Assembly: GCF_902148845.1 (NCBI RefSeq) | Contig: NC_043762.1 | Coordinates: 29,154,760-29,209,186 of the forward strand | DNA from: Salarias fasciatus | Taxonomy: Eukaryota | Reading direction: 5' to 3' | DNA: 54,427 nt | Shown: piece after piece, positions 22,041-33,400 of the stretch | Layout of the letters: the number at the start of each line of letters is the position of its first letter | Position numbering within the stretch: position 1 is the stretch's first letter | Translations under genes and position numbers: made by a program | Notes under the pieces: model-generated | Seen by the model: only the letters and a program-made list of their open reading frames with translations | Databases searched by the model: none | What the model was told of the DNA's origin: nothing

Positions 22041-22588
22041 TTAAAGGTGCATTAAGGAGTTTGCACGTTTTCTGCGAAACAACGGCCCCTGCAGGCCTTG
22101 GGCGTAATGCAGTTTAGTGAAACACTCGTGCCTGTGGTTTGGGTCCATGTACATGCACGGAAGAGGGGAACTCCTTCCTCGGTCTTTAAGTAGCGTTCGA
22201 GTAAAATGTAAGTTTCTTTTGCCTGGTGGGTCTGTGCTGGAGCTGTGGCAGTGCTAGAAGCCGGTCTTTTCTTACTTTCTGGAAGCTCCATCCTCAGTAC
22301 TGCTCAGTTGTTGCTGCTAAGCATCTGGCGGAGTAATGGCGGACAAAACGAAACCTCAGGAAATCAGGCCAGCCGGAACGCGCATTACGTCACATCATCT
22401 CAAATTCTCCCCAAAAAAATTCTGGTGCCGGACCGGCACTGCAACTTTCAAGTGATAATTTAGCGCTGTTACCAGTACTTACAATGAATATGTCAGGGCA
22501 CATTGTACACATCATTGAATATTTATGACATATTTATGTTGGAAAATAAGTATTTTTAAAGTTGAAAAACTCCTTAATGCACCTTTAA
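22041..22588. mobile_element. MITE-like non-autonomous DNA transposon, copy 1 (548 bp). Terminal inverted repeat TTAAAGGTGCATTAAGGAGTTT. Flanked by TTAA, or by TAA/TTA
   Basis: The 5' end is ttaaaggtgcattaaggagtttgcacg. The 3' end is aaaactccttaatgcacctttaa. A second copy lies at 37311-38247. Confidence 0.8.
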
Positions 22589-23468
22589 GCGAACCAAATC
22601 AAAAACCTGTCTACTTAATTAAGAAAGTATCACAGTGATGCAATCTTTCTACTTATGAAAAAAAAACCCAACCATATAGCGAAGCCTTAAAAAAGATCAA
22701 TAATACAAAAATTACTGTAGTTCCAAAAAATAAAGAAAAATATTGAAATAACCCCCCAGTAAAGACTTATGATATTATGAGTAAGTTTCATAGCTATGGA
22801 GACACAAAGCACCTGAAGTACTTACTGGATATTTTAAACATCCAGACATTCAGTCCAGGTTCATGCTGAGTGAGCCGGACTGGCAAAATAACCTTAAATG
22901 GAAACTTTAAAAAACTTGTTAGTCTTGGTGCAGAGTATACATGATGAAAATGTCTTTATTTTCCCAACACTAAACAACTATGATTGAAAATTACTGCAAT
23001 CTCCATATGGAGCCATTTACTGCTGTCAGGCTAATGATAGCTTTAAGATTTCATAGCAGCATCACTTATAATCCAGCTGTGTTTTTTTTTTTAATGTTTT
23101 CAGTTTGCTTTGTGGTTTTTGGGCTGCATTGGAGCCTCTTGCCTGCTGGTTTCAGTTGGTGGGCATGACCTTTGACACCCTTGTCTTACTGTAACATGAC
23201 CTTTGAAAAAAAGAATGTAATCCACACAAAAGCTGCTAAGAGGCCACGATAGACTGAGATTATTCAAATCAGTCAATTAATCAATAAATGCTGTTTCATT
23301 TTTTTCCCCAAGTCGAACAATAGCTTCATGAGATCACAAGCTATTAAGACATTTGACAAACAATGACTTAAAGCAAAGAAAAGTCACAAACTCCTATAAT
23401 CACCAGCTGTTCTCCGTTTCATTAGAAGACCATGAAGCCGCTCAGTCCTGCTGTTTCCTCTCTTCCAG

Positions 23469-23570
23469 GGTGACGGGGAAGATGGTGGGCACTGCCAGTC
23501 ATGAGAGCGTCCAGGCAGGGACCAAAGTGCTGGACATCCCCCTCAACCCCGAGAACAACATGACGGCCCT
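23469..23570 (+). CDS. nfatc4: nfatc4 coding exon 7. Encodes VTGKMVGTASHESVQAGTKVLDIPLNPENNMTA(L)
   Basis: Matches human [34 protein letters not shown]. Acceptor ctcttccag, donor CT|GTGAGT. Confidence 0.9.
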
Positions 23571-24105
23571 GTGAGTCTGGGATGAGCGGCAGAGAACAGA
23601 TTACAACTCCTGTTTCCAGCTTTCAGCAGAAAATTCACTGTAAACAAATTAGCGGAGCAACGTAACTTAATACATGCACTTGCGTCACAGAGCCAATTTT
23701 TTTCCCTCTTTTCAGTTCATAGTACTTACTGCTTCCTCCCTTGATTCATCTTTTACACCACTTAATCAGATTTAGAGTTTTTTTGTGCAGAAGTCGACCT
23801 CAGCCGACTGCACAGGTAGCACATGCAAACATTCCATAGAAAGACTGAGAATATGAGATTAGGACTATTTCAACCATGAGTTGAGAGCGCTAACTACTAT
23901 AAGGCTGTGTGACGCCTTATTTGTTCATTTTTCCTTCACACACACATGCTTATGCACCTCTGTCATGGATGGATTTCTGATTGTGCCGACTTTCATTTAT
24001 ATTGACAATTAATGTGTAACTGAAGTTTCATAATCACTATGTACTATTTTTGTGACATTTTGCTTTTACTGAAGTAATCAAGTAGCCATGATCTCTGGTT
24101 TTCAG

Positions 24106-24293
24106 CATCGACTGTGCCGGAATTCTGAAGCTGAGAAACTCTGACATCGAGCTGAGGAAAGGAGAGACGGACGTCGGCCGGAAGAACACCCGGGTCCGCC
24201 TGGTGTTCCGTACCCACCTCCCTCTAGCGCCCCCTGTAGCCCCTCCTGGACGCGTTTTGGCCCTGCAGGTTGCCTCTCTGCCCATTGAGTGTT
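24106..24293 (+). CDS. nfatc4: nfatc4 coding exon 8. Encodes [62 protein letters not shown]
   Basis: Matches human [57 protein letters not shown]. Acceptor ggttttcag, donor T|GTGAGT. Confidence 0.95.
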
Positions 24294-24383
24294 GTGAGTG
24301 CCTGTTTGTCGTGTGAAGCGTACGCTCTCTCTGGCGATCGGTCCGACGCCTCGTGCTCACTCGTGTCGGCCTCGTCCCCTCAG

Positions 24384-24524
24384 CCCAGCGCTCGGCCCAG
24401 GAGCTGCCCGTCATCGAGTCCGTCAGCCTCACCTCCTGCTCGGTGGAGGGGGGAGAGGAGCTGCTGCTCAGCGGCACCAACTTCCTGCCAATATCCAGGG
24501 TCCTCTTCATGGAGCGAGGCACAG
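24384..24524 (+). CDS. nfatc4: nfatc4 coding exon 9. Encodes [47 protein letters not shown]
   Basis: Matches human [47 protein letters not shown]. Acceptor gtcccctcag, donor CAG|GTGAAC. Confidence 0.9.
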
Positions 24525-24609
24525 GTGAACGCCTGAAAAACTGAAACTCAGCATCGTAACTAGGAGGATCGATATGATTGTCACTAACCTGAACTCCACC
24601 TCGTGTCAG

Positions 24610-24665
24610 ACGGTAAGCTGCAGTGGGAGGAGGAGGCTCACGTGGACCGAGACAACAGCAACGAG
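24610..24665 (+). CDS. nfatc4: nfatc4 coding exon 10. Encodes DGKLQWEEEAHVDRDNSNE
   Basis: Matches human DGKLQWEEEATVNRLQSNE. Acceptor tcgtgtcag, donor GAG|GTAACT. Confidence 0.9.
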
Positions 24666-24667
24666 GT

Positions 24668-26765
24668 AACTAATATTAATAATAATAATATTAATAATAA
24701 TACATTTTATTTCACAGCGCCTTTCACAACACTCAAGGACGCTTTACACAAGATTAAAAACACATTACAGATAAATAAAACAACAAGGAAAAGGACAACG
24801 TAACACAGGGAAAAGAGAGAAATTACAGGTGATAAGAAGATTGAAACAGGTGAGTTTTGAGTCTGGATTTGAGCTGAGATAGAGAGATGATGTGGATGTC
24901 TGGAGGAGAGAGTTCAGAGTAGAGGAGCAGAGCAGCTGGAAGCTCTGCTCCCCATTGGTGCTGAGGAGGGCGGAGGCCACAGAGAGGTGGAAGACCTGAG
25001 GGAACGTGAGGGGGGCCAACGTGAAGGAGATGGGGGGCAGATTGTGGATGGCTTTGAATGTAAACAGAAGAATCTTGAAAATGATCCGGACATTGACAGG
25101 GAGCCAGTGGAGCTGCTGGAGGACGGGTGATGTGGTGAGAGGAAGGGGTTTTGGTGATGATGGAGCTGCTGAGTTCTGGACCAGCTGGAGCTGATGGAGG
25201 GATTTGTGGGGGACACCAAAGAGGAGGGAGTTACAGTAGTCGAGGCGGGAGGTGACGAGGCTGTGGACCAGGATGGCAGTGGTCTGAGGGGTGAGAGAGG
25301 GGCGAGAGAGCGGCGAGAGAGGGGCGAGAGAGGGGCAGAGGCGGTTTATATTGCGTAGGTGGAAGTATGCAGAACGAGTGATGTTATTAATGTGGGAGTG
25401 GAAGGAAAGTGAGCTGTGGAGGACGACACCCAGACTCTACCCTGAGGGGAGGGGACACTGAGGAGCTGTTGATGGTGAGGGAAAACCTGTCAGATTTGGA
25501 GAGTGTGGACTTGGTGCCAACAAGAAGAAGTATTGTTATATTACTATTTAATTTCAGGAAGTTTGAGGTGAACCAGGATTTGATTTCAGAGATACAGAGG
25601 GTGAGGGAGGAGGCGGGAGAGTGGAGTTTGGTTTACTGGAGAGAGAGAGAGCTGGGTGTCGTCTGCGCAGCAGTGAAAATTAATACCAAATTTCCGAAAA
25701 ATGTTGCCGAGGGGAAGGAGGTATATGATGAAGAGGAGGGGCCCCAGGACGGAGCCTTGGGGCACACCAGAAGTGACGGGGGAGGGCTGAGAGGTGAAAG
25801 ACTTGAGCTGGATGAACTGAGAGCTCCAGTGAGGGAGGAGAGAAACCAGAGAAGGGGGAGTGAGTGATGCCGATGGAGGAGAGTCTATTGAGCAGGATGG
25901 GGTGAGAAACGGTGAGGAAGGCTGCACTCAGATCGAGGAGGATGAGGATGGAGATGAGACCAGAGTCAGCAGCCATGAGGAGGTCATCAGTGATCTTTAT
26001 TAGTGCTGTTTCAGTGCTGTGGCGGGAATGGAAACCGGACTGGAAACGTTGATGAACTGTTGAGGGTGAGATGGGAGTGGAGTTGAGAGGCGACAATTTT
26101 CAATAGGATTTTGGAGATGAAGGGAAGGTGAGAAATGGGGCGGAGCTTATTGAAGTTATTGGGATCTGAACCAGGTTTCTTCAGGATGGGGCTGACGGCT
26201 GCAGATTTAAAGAGAGCAGGAACAGTTCCAGAGGACAGGGAGGAGTGAATGATGGCTGATATGAGGGGGAGTAGAGAGGGGAGGCAGGATTTGACCAGGA
26301 CTGTGGGGAGGGGGTCCAGATGACAGGCTGAAGGCTTGGAATTGGTGATGAGGTCGGCGATATCAGAGGGGGGAGGGAGTTCAAAGGTGGAAAGTAGATG
26401 AGATGGTGGGAGAGGAACAGAGGAAGGGAGAGGGGAGGTAGTGGAGCCGAGGTGTTGGTGGATTTTCAAGACCTTGTCATTAAAGAACTGGAGAACAGAG
26501 TTCCAGGTCTCTGCAGAGTACAGGTGGGGGGGTAAAGAGTCAGGGGGTTGGATGATGCTGTTGAAAACGGAAAAGAGTGTCTTACTGCTGCCAGCATTAG
26601 AGCAGATGAGACCAGAATAGTATTGTGATTTAGCATGAGATGTGGAGTCCTTATAAAGAGATAGGTGTGCAGGATACGTGTCTTTGTGGATGTTGAGACC
26701 AGTAAACTTCCTGACCTCCAGGTCTGAGGTCGTCTGACGTAAAGTGACGCGCTGTGTTTGACCTC
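24668..26765 (-). mobile_element. LINE insertion of about 2.1 kb filling most of nfatc4 intron 10. It is an L2/CR1-like non-LTR retrotransposon with a decayed ORF2 (reverse transcriptase) and a microsatellite 3' tail
   Basis: The minus-strand ORF fragments carry RT motifs: [60 protein letters not shown], and [21 protein letters not shown]...[10 protein letters not shown]. The 3' end on the minus strand is ...aaggcgctgtgaaataaaatgt(att)n at 24668-24720. The frames are interrupted by shifts. Confidence 0.85.
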
Positions 26766-26769
26766 GTAG

Positions 26770-26896
26770 TGTCTGCTGTGTGTGAGGGTGCCGGCCTACA
26801 GCGACCTGTCCGTCAGCCGGCCGGTGCCGGTCAGCCTGTACGTCTCCAACGGGAAACGGAAGCGGAGCAGCACTCACTGCTTCAAGTATCTCCCCG
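26770..26896 (+). CDS. nfatc4: nfatc4 coding exon 11. Encodes CLLCVRVPAYSDLSVSRPVPVSLYVSNGKRKRSSTHCFKYLP
   Basis: Matches human VTLTLTVPEYSNKRVSRPVQVYFYVSNGRRKRSPTQSFRFLP. Acceptor gacctcgtag, donor CCCG|GTGAGT. The minus ORF 26011-26877 overlaps this exon only by chance. Confidence 0.85.
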
Positions 26897-26979
26897 GTGA
26901 GTTCAGGGGCCTTCAGGGTGGACAGTTAATCTGAATCAGTAAATGTCCTCGTCTGATGTCGCGGTGTTGCTGTTCACAG

Positions 26980-27702
26980 TTCTGTTTAAAGAAGAGGACC
27001 CCCTGCTGTCCAGGCCCTCGGTGCTGCCTCTGGACGGGGGTCCCGTGTGCCCGGTGGGGGGTCCGCCCCGGATGGACCGAGGCTTCCACGCCAGGACCGA
27101 CCCCATGTCTGAGGAGCGGGGCCTGGGCTTCCACCTGCCCCCCTACCCCCCCGCCTACTCCCCTCCGGTCCCGGCCATGAGCTACCCCGAGGAGTACTGC
27201 CCCAAGCCCGACGCGGCGGCGGAGGAGGCGGGCGGGTCCAGGGCGCCGCTGTCCGAGCGCCACCCCAGCTTCGAGAACCTGGAGCTGGGCTTCACGGAGC
27301 TGCTGCCCCCCCTGTACCCCCGCGGCCCGCAGCCCCCCTCCCCCTCCCCCTCCCCGTGGCTGGACTCGCCCTACCTGTCCTCGTCGCCCTCCCCGTCACA
27401 CTCGTCCTCTCTCAGCCCCTTCCCCGCAGGAAGTCCCATCTCGTCCTCCCCGCTGCCCCCCATGCTGGCCCCCCCTTACCCGCCCTACTCCGCTTACTCT
27501 CAGGAGGCGTGTCCGTCCCCTCCGTCCAGCTCCGGCACTTATCAGGACATCTGCCCGGCACCCTACCCCCACTACGAGGGCTGGGACCCCCAGGGGAGGG
27601 TGCTGGGGATGGGACACGGGGGCGAGGGCGACGGGAAGGTCCAGGAGTGTCCGCTGGAGTTTTCCAGCTCCGCCTCAATGCACCACATCACCTTCGAAGA
27701 AG
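26980..27702 (+). CDS. nfatc4: nfatc4 coding exon 12 (Pro/Ser-rich C-terminal region). Encodes VLFKEEDPLLSRPSVLPLDGG...SASMHHITFEE
   Basis: Matches human VICKEEPLPDSSLRGFPSA...GITLEE. Acceptor ctgttcacag, donor GAAG|GTGAGA. It corresponds to ORF 26943-27716, and the other overlapping ORFs are artefacts. Confidence 0.9.
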
Positions 27703-28515
27703 GTGAGACTCGCTGACGCTCGCCTGGCGTCGATAGAAACGTCCATGAAGACACAGAAGCTTCTGGAAAAGCGACAGGATTTGATTTTATTTAGTGTAAT
27801 TTAAACTGTTAACCAAGATTCTTATTCATAAATACCTCACAAGAATAATAACCTTCCTAAAATAACATGAGTGAGATTTTTTTCCTGTACTTTGGATTTT
27901 TCTCTTTTTTTTTTCATCTTTACCTCAAGCAAAAAAAAAAAAAAACACATTTTGACAAAAGTGGTGACGATTATGTAATGATGACGACATCATTCAGTTT
28001 AGGGAGAAATGGTTAACATCTGAATGCAGTTAATATATGATGGCTTTTTTAATACTGCAAATTGAGTACAAATTACATTCATGGTAAATACTGCAAAATA
28101 AATAAATGGTTTGATAATGCCCTAATAACACTGAAAAAAATGTCCCCTGACATTGACTAAAGGACATTCAGGTTAAAAAGACAAATATTGTTTTAACATT
28201 TGTCAAAAAGTGACCTTTATCTAAGAGATGATAAATGTATACCTGGAGGTAGATCAGCTGATATTATAACACTTTTGCTTAAAAAACATTCACAAAGCTG
28301 TTTCAGTGATTCTGTGCAGCCTCTGGAAACTGTTGGATCAGGACTAGTTGGGAGCGCTGCGTAAAAAGAGGCAGAGAAAATGTGACGTTATTTAAATTTT
28401 TGCTCTGAATAAGCCGAAGAGGTTTTGAATGTGATACCAAGATATAGAGACGGCTGAAATGTCGAGTTGCAGGATTGTAACGCTCACCTCTCTCTCTCTC
28501 TCTTCCTCCCTGCAG

Positions 28516-28586
28516 TATCAGAGTTTATCGGGGAGGACATCCAGTCCTACCAGCTAGCCTCACAGATGGACAACCAGCCCAACTGA
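28516..28586 (+). CDS. nfatc4: nfatc4 last coding exon. Encodes VSEFIGEDIQSYQLASQMDNQPN*
   Basis: Matches human VSEIIGRDLSGFP... Acceptor tcctccctgcag. Stop TGA at 28584-28586. Confidence 0.85.
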
Positions 28587-30205
28587 GCTCGGAGCGACCC
28601 CCGACCCCCGTTTGGCCTTCAGCAGTCGTTTTAACCCCCCCGTGCACCTGGTATTGATACGAGGCGGCGCTGCCATTACATGTAACATTACAGGGAAGTC
28701 TGGTTACCGAGACACTGTAATTATGACCACAGGTAACAACTGTTTTATAAAAGCAAACTCATGTTTTCAACATGTTTTCCATATAAATTATAGAACAAAC
28801 TGCCAGTTTGGTGTGTTCCATGATTTTTTTTATTTGCAAAACACAAACTAAACATTGCTTTTAGAAGAATTCTGAAAATGAATATGATTAAATCTGACAG
28901 AAATCTTTAATTGTGACAGTTACCCATGAGTCAATACATTTATAATACAGTCCGATATCATTGACTCCCAGTCTTTAAATGCTGAACCTTATTTGACTCA
29001 CCTATTGTTAAAACATTAAAAAAGTTAAACCCCTTAAAATCGAGAGGTCTGCCAAGTCAACACATTTAATTCTGTCTTTTCATTCCACTTTATTACCTTA
29101 AATAACTTCTCAACAAATCTGAAGTAGCTGTGGGGAGATATGATACTGTTACAGATACAAGATATCAACACTAAATTAAAGAACATTACCCTTAAAACTA
29201 GTGAAATTATCTGTTCACGCAGCAAGTAAATTTTACTTAAAAAGCGATCTTGATATAACAATTTTAAATCAAGAAAATCAAGTCTCTCTATCTAAAATTT
29301 GTCTTAAATCACGTGGGATGGGACATTTTGACTGAAAACAAGACGAATGAACTTTTTTTTTGCGGTGTCTTCAGTAGATTCTGGCTGGTGTGAAGCACTG
29401 AGACAAAAACATAGAAAGGAGTGTAAGTTTACCCCCTCGGTGGGGAGTGTGAGCCGGCTGTTTGAAAGCTTTCTAAGAGGAACTGTTTGTTTCTGTGTCG
29501 AGGCGCGAGGCGCGGCGACACCGAGCAGGGAGGCGCTGCGGGCCTCGGCTCCGCCGGGTTTTAAATCACCCGCTGTTTGGGACGTTACTCATTCTGCTGC
29601 AGAACTTCACGGGTCTTTTCTCCTGCGTTTGTACTTTCTCCTCGACGGCACTCTGACAAAAACTCTGTAATTACTTGAATGCAGCAAAACGCAATAAAAG
29701 GGAAACCGGCCTCACAAAAAAGACTGAGGTATCATTCTATGGTTTTCTTGACAGTTTTATTAGCTATACGGTTCGGCGAAGCCATACATGGACATTCTCC
29801 CAGCTTCAGACCACAGAGGCTGACGCCCGGGGGGATGGTATATATAGCCGACGCGGAGCTCGGAGGATTTTTGACAATAAACTCCGCGTTGGAACCTGAA
29901 ACCAGAACTCCTTCATGACATTCACTTTTCCAGTTCCAGCTTCGGCGTTTCTCTCTGGCCGCAGCGCAGGAAAGACTGCTACATGTGGAAAGTTCAAGAG
30001 AGGCGAACGCGCCAAAAATAATTGAATGGAAAGACTGTGGTGTTTACGGCTCTAACAGTCGCTGCAAATATCACGTTAACAGTTTACATGTCGAGCAGAT
30101 CGCTCGAAGGTGGTAAAGAGCAAACAAGACCATGAAGAACAGCTGAGGGGTGTGGGAGTTTAACCAGACAGAATTAGACATTTAATACTGGCTGTTGCTT
30201 TACAT

Positions 30206-30208
<3 letters not shown>

Positions 30209-30300
<92 letters not shown>
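30209..30300. repeat. (GT)n microsatellite of about 46 units
   Basis: Seen directly. Confidence 0.95.
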
Positions 30301-30303
<3 letters not shown>

Positions 30304-30378
30304 TTTTGTGGGCCCATTACACCTGTGAGATCTGTAGGGACGAAGCTGGACTGAGGTGAGGGTGAACTGGAGGGCAAA

Positions 30379-30379
<1 letters not shown>

Positions 30380-30446
<67 letters not shown>
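30380..30446. repeat. (CA)n microsatellite of about 33 units
   Basis: Seen directly. It is in inverted orientation to the (GT)n run 80 bp upstream. Confidence 0.95.
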
Positions 30447-33400
30447 AAACAGGAAGGTCCGCCACCCAGAAACCCAACACTCCTCTCTTTGAGGCAAAAG
30501 TGCTAACTGACCTGTTTGTGTATCTAACTCTGTTTTACTGCGTGGCGAAGAGGTTTGAAGAGTAAGTGGACCAATCATGTGGTCAATGTGCATTTTTTAT
30601 TTATTTTTATTTATTTATTTATTTATTTTTTGCAGTCCAGTTAAATGATAATCCCAGCAGAATAACAAAATGCCTCCAATTTATCTAAATATAATTCAGA
30701 TGTTTACAGAAAACAGTATTAAAAGCTGTTCATTCACATGTGCTCACCTGAGAATATGAAGTGTATTTCTTTTATAAATAGCATGTTCTCTAAAAAGATC
30801 CTCAGTACCAGTGCTGACGAAGCCTTTTTATTTACACAAAAGTCAAATAATACAAAAATAAAAAAAAGTACCGGTAGGCAAAATGATCCAAAGGAAAAAC
30901 CTTCAAAACCCAGGAAAAGTTAAGTCAGGTAAAAATCTGAGCCGACATTGGTGCCAGTCCCTTAATTCAGAGTTTTATCCTGTCCACAGACTCAATATCA
31001 GTCCAAATCACATGTTCTGTCTTCTTCCTGTTCTGTTCCTGGTTCTATTTACATTCTGTGTGTTGTTATTTTCTCAGATAGCTTGTTTACCTCCATAGAA
31101 ACTGACTTCTTTTTCAGTCATTCTGAAAAATTTGCTAAAAATACCCAGATTTCCATGTTCATCAGAGAATCCCCCGTAGCCTCGGTTTAGAAACACGTTC
31201 CTCCTCTTTCGACAGGTTTCTGCAGATGAGCTGGCTGGGAGTGTCACCAGGGGGAGGTAGACTCTCAGTTCTGAGCCGGGCTGACACACACAGCCTCACA
31301 CAGCAGCTGCTGGTTTAAAGCAGGCGGGGTGTGAGAACAGAGTGACCATCAGGTTAAAGCCCCACTTGACAGCTGGAGTCCCTGAAGAGGAGAGGATGCT
31401 GGGTGAGGAGAGACGGGGAGTCATCCTGCTGCTGCTGGCTCTGCACACGGCTTCTCACCCTCTAATGTTTGAGGCCCATGAGTGAAGCAGTTTGTGTGTG
31501 TGCTCTGGCTTCCTCCCACAGAACAGAAATAAGCAAACAACAGTTGTTTTGTGACCCTAAACTGCCCCGGGGTGACTGTGAGTGTGTGGAAGTTGTGTGT
31601 TTTTTCTTTTTGCCCAGTGAAGGACTGGCGATCCGTCCAGGACGTGCCTTGCTTTGGGGTTAGATGTGATCCTAACTTTGAAAAAGGGAAAAATAACAAG
31701 TGGATGTTTGCGCCTTCATCGTCTTACTGGAGCACAAACACTTCAGCATCAGCCTGGAGGGCTGAGTCAGTATTCATTCTGCAGGGCGGAGTCGACGACG
31801 CCTGTAAAAACTTTCACTGCAGCCCGCCATGATGTGGCTTCACGACCGAATTAGGACTGAACAAGAAAATGAGTCAAAATGCTGCCTGGTGGAAAATGAA
31901 GGAGCATCTGGTTCCATCGTTACTGCCACCGTTACTTAGTGGGTCACAGCGTGGGCATCACTGTGACAGATACAGAGACAGGATAAGGAATTAAGCTCCT
32001 GAAATAAAATCTTGTCTGTGAGTTAAAATGTCAATTTGATGTAATTCTGCAGACACAAATAAGTATGATTTTAATCACTACTTTATGGGCTCCTGGAGTG
32101 TTGTGTGAATTACCTTTGAGGAAAATGTGAGAACAGTGAGCATAATAAATATTTCATTCACTCGCATCATCCTGACATTTACAAAACAAACGTACTTCAA
32201 GAAGGAAAAATTGATCCCATTCTGTAATTATTGGCTCATAACTGCAAAGAGAACTAGACTGACGTCACTGCTCCGGGGCCACGACTGAAAAGACACGACT
32301 GCTGACAATTTGTCAGTACAAAGTAAATACTTTGTAATACCAAGAGGTCATTAGCAGCTTTCATTTCTTCTTATAAGTTTTCGTCCCCCCCCCAAATAGC
32401 TTTTGTACCCCCCTGTGCCCCCCTACCAAAACTAATCTGGATCCGCCCCTGCTGACAAAACCACAGCTTGCCGTTTCACAGACGCTGCAGGACACACTAC
32501 GGCGGATACACACATCCTGGTGTGTAGGAATGCACGTAAGCAGCAGAGCCCCCTTTAAAAAGCATGGAAAACATGAGAAGGAGCGCCGGTAGCCTCAAAC
32601 GGCACGTTCAGGGGTCAGCGTCAGGTGAGCCACATGTGGGGAAGAGGAACGAGCACACTGGATAACAACCCAACTAAAGTGCTTAATTTTCTCTCACACA
32701 CTGACACACAGCTCACACAGCTGTTTGCTATTGAAACCCTGTTGGTCTGGAAGGAGGAGAGGCTGAGCAGCAAAGTGTTTCAGTGGAATAACCTTATCGC
32801 CAAGAAAAATGCACTGATTAAACATTTAATGCCGAAAGATCATTATGATGAAATGTAGTTTTGAGAAGATGTGACAGCAAAATGAGCTTTTTAGGGATCA
32901 GTATCTGGCCTTTAGAGTCAGTGGATGGCAACAAAAAACTTGTAACCTTTAGAAGAAGCGTGCAACAGCGTTAATTCTCTCTCTTATTTCGGATGTTTCA
33001 GTGGCGTGCACGTTGTTGTTCACGATTCATTAACGGAGCAGTGAGCACGGTGTGGATCAGGGGTCATGTAGAATTTGTCAAAAGTAGTGCAGCACGTTCT
33101 AATGCACTGAGCGGATAAAAAATGTCTTTTCCTGTTAGTCCAACAGTCTGTCCCGTAAAGACTGTGGATTAATGCATCTGGAATGCGGGGGAGAGAATGA
33201 GACGCGGGGCTTGGACGATGCTCATGGCCGTCCTGCAGCTCTTCTGTTCTCACAGCGATCGTGAGGATCTCACAGGGCGACCAGCGATCTGAAAGCAGAT
33301 GTTACTGGTCCTCCTGAACTGCTATTTCCTTTTATGTGCTGTCCCCATTTCAGCTGGTTTGATGCTCAGACTATCAGTAAGATCATTCAGTTCATCATAT

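Noticed and set aside
25586-26877. Minus-strand ORFs of 113-288 aa inside nfatc4 intron 10
   Set aside because: They are pieces of a decayed LINE ORF2 (RT motifs) broken by frameshifts, not a host gene. The 3' overlap with nfatc4 exon 11 is coincidental.
27356-27754. ORFs overlapping nfatc4 exon 12 on both strands
   Set aside because: They are GC-rich alternative frames. ORF 26943-27716 is the real frame.
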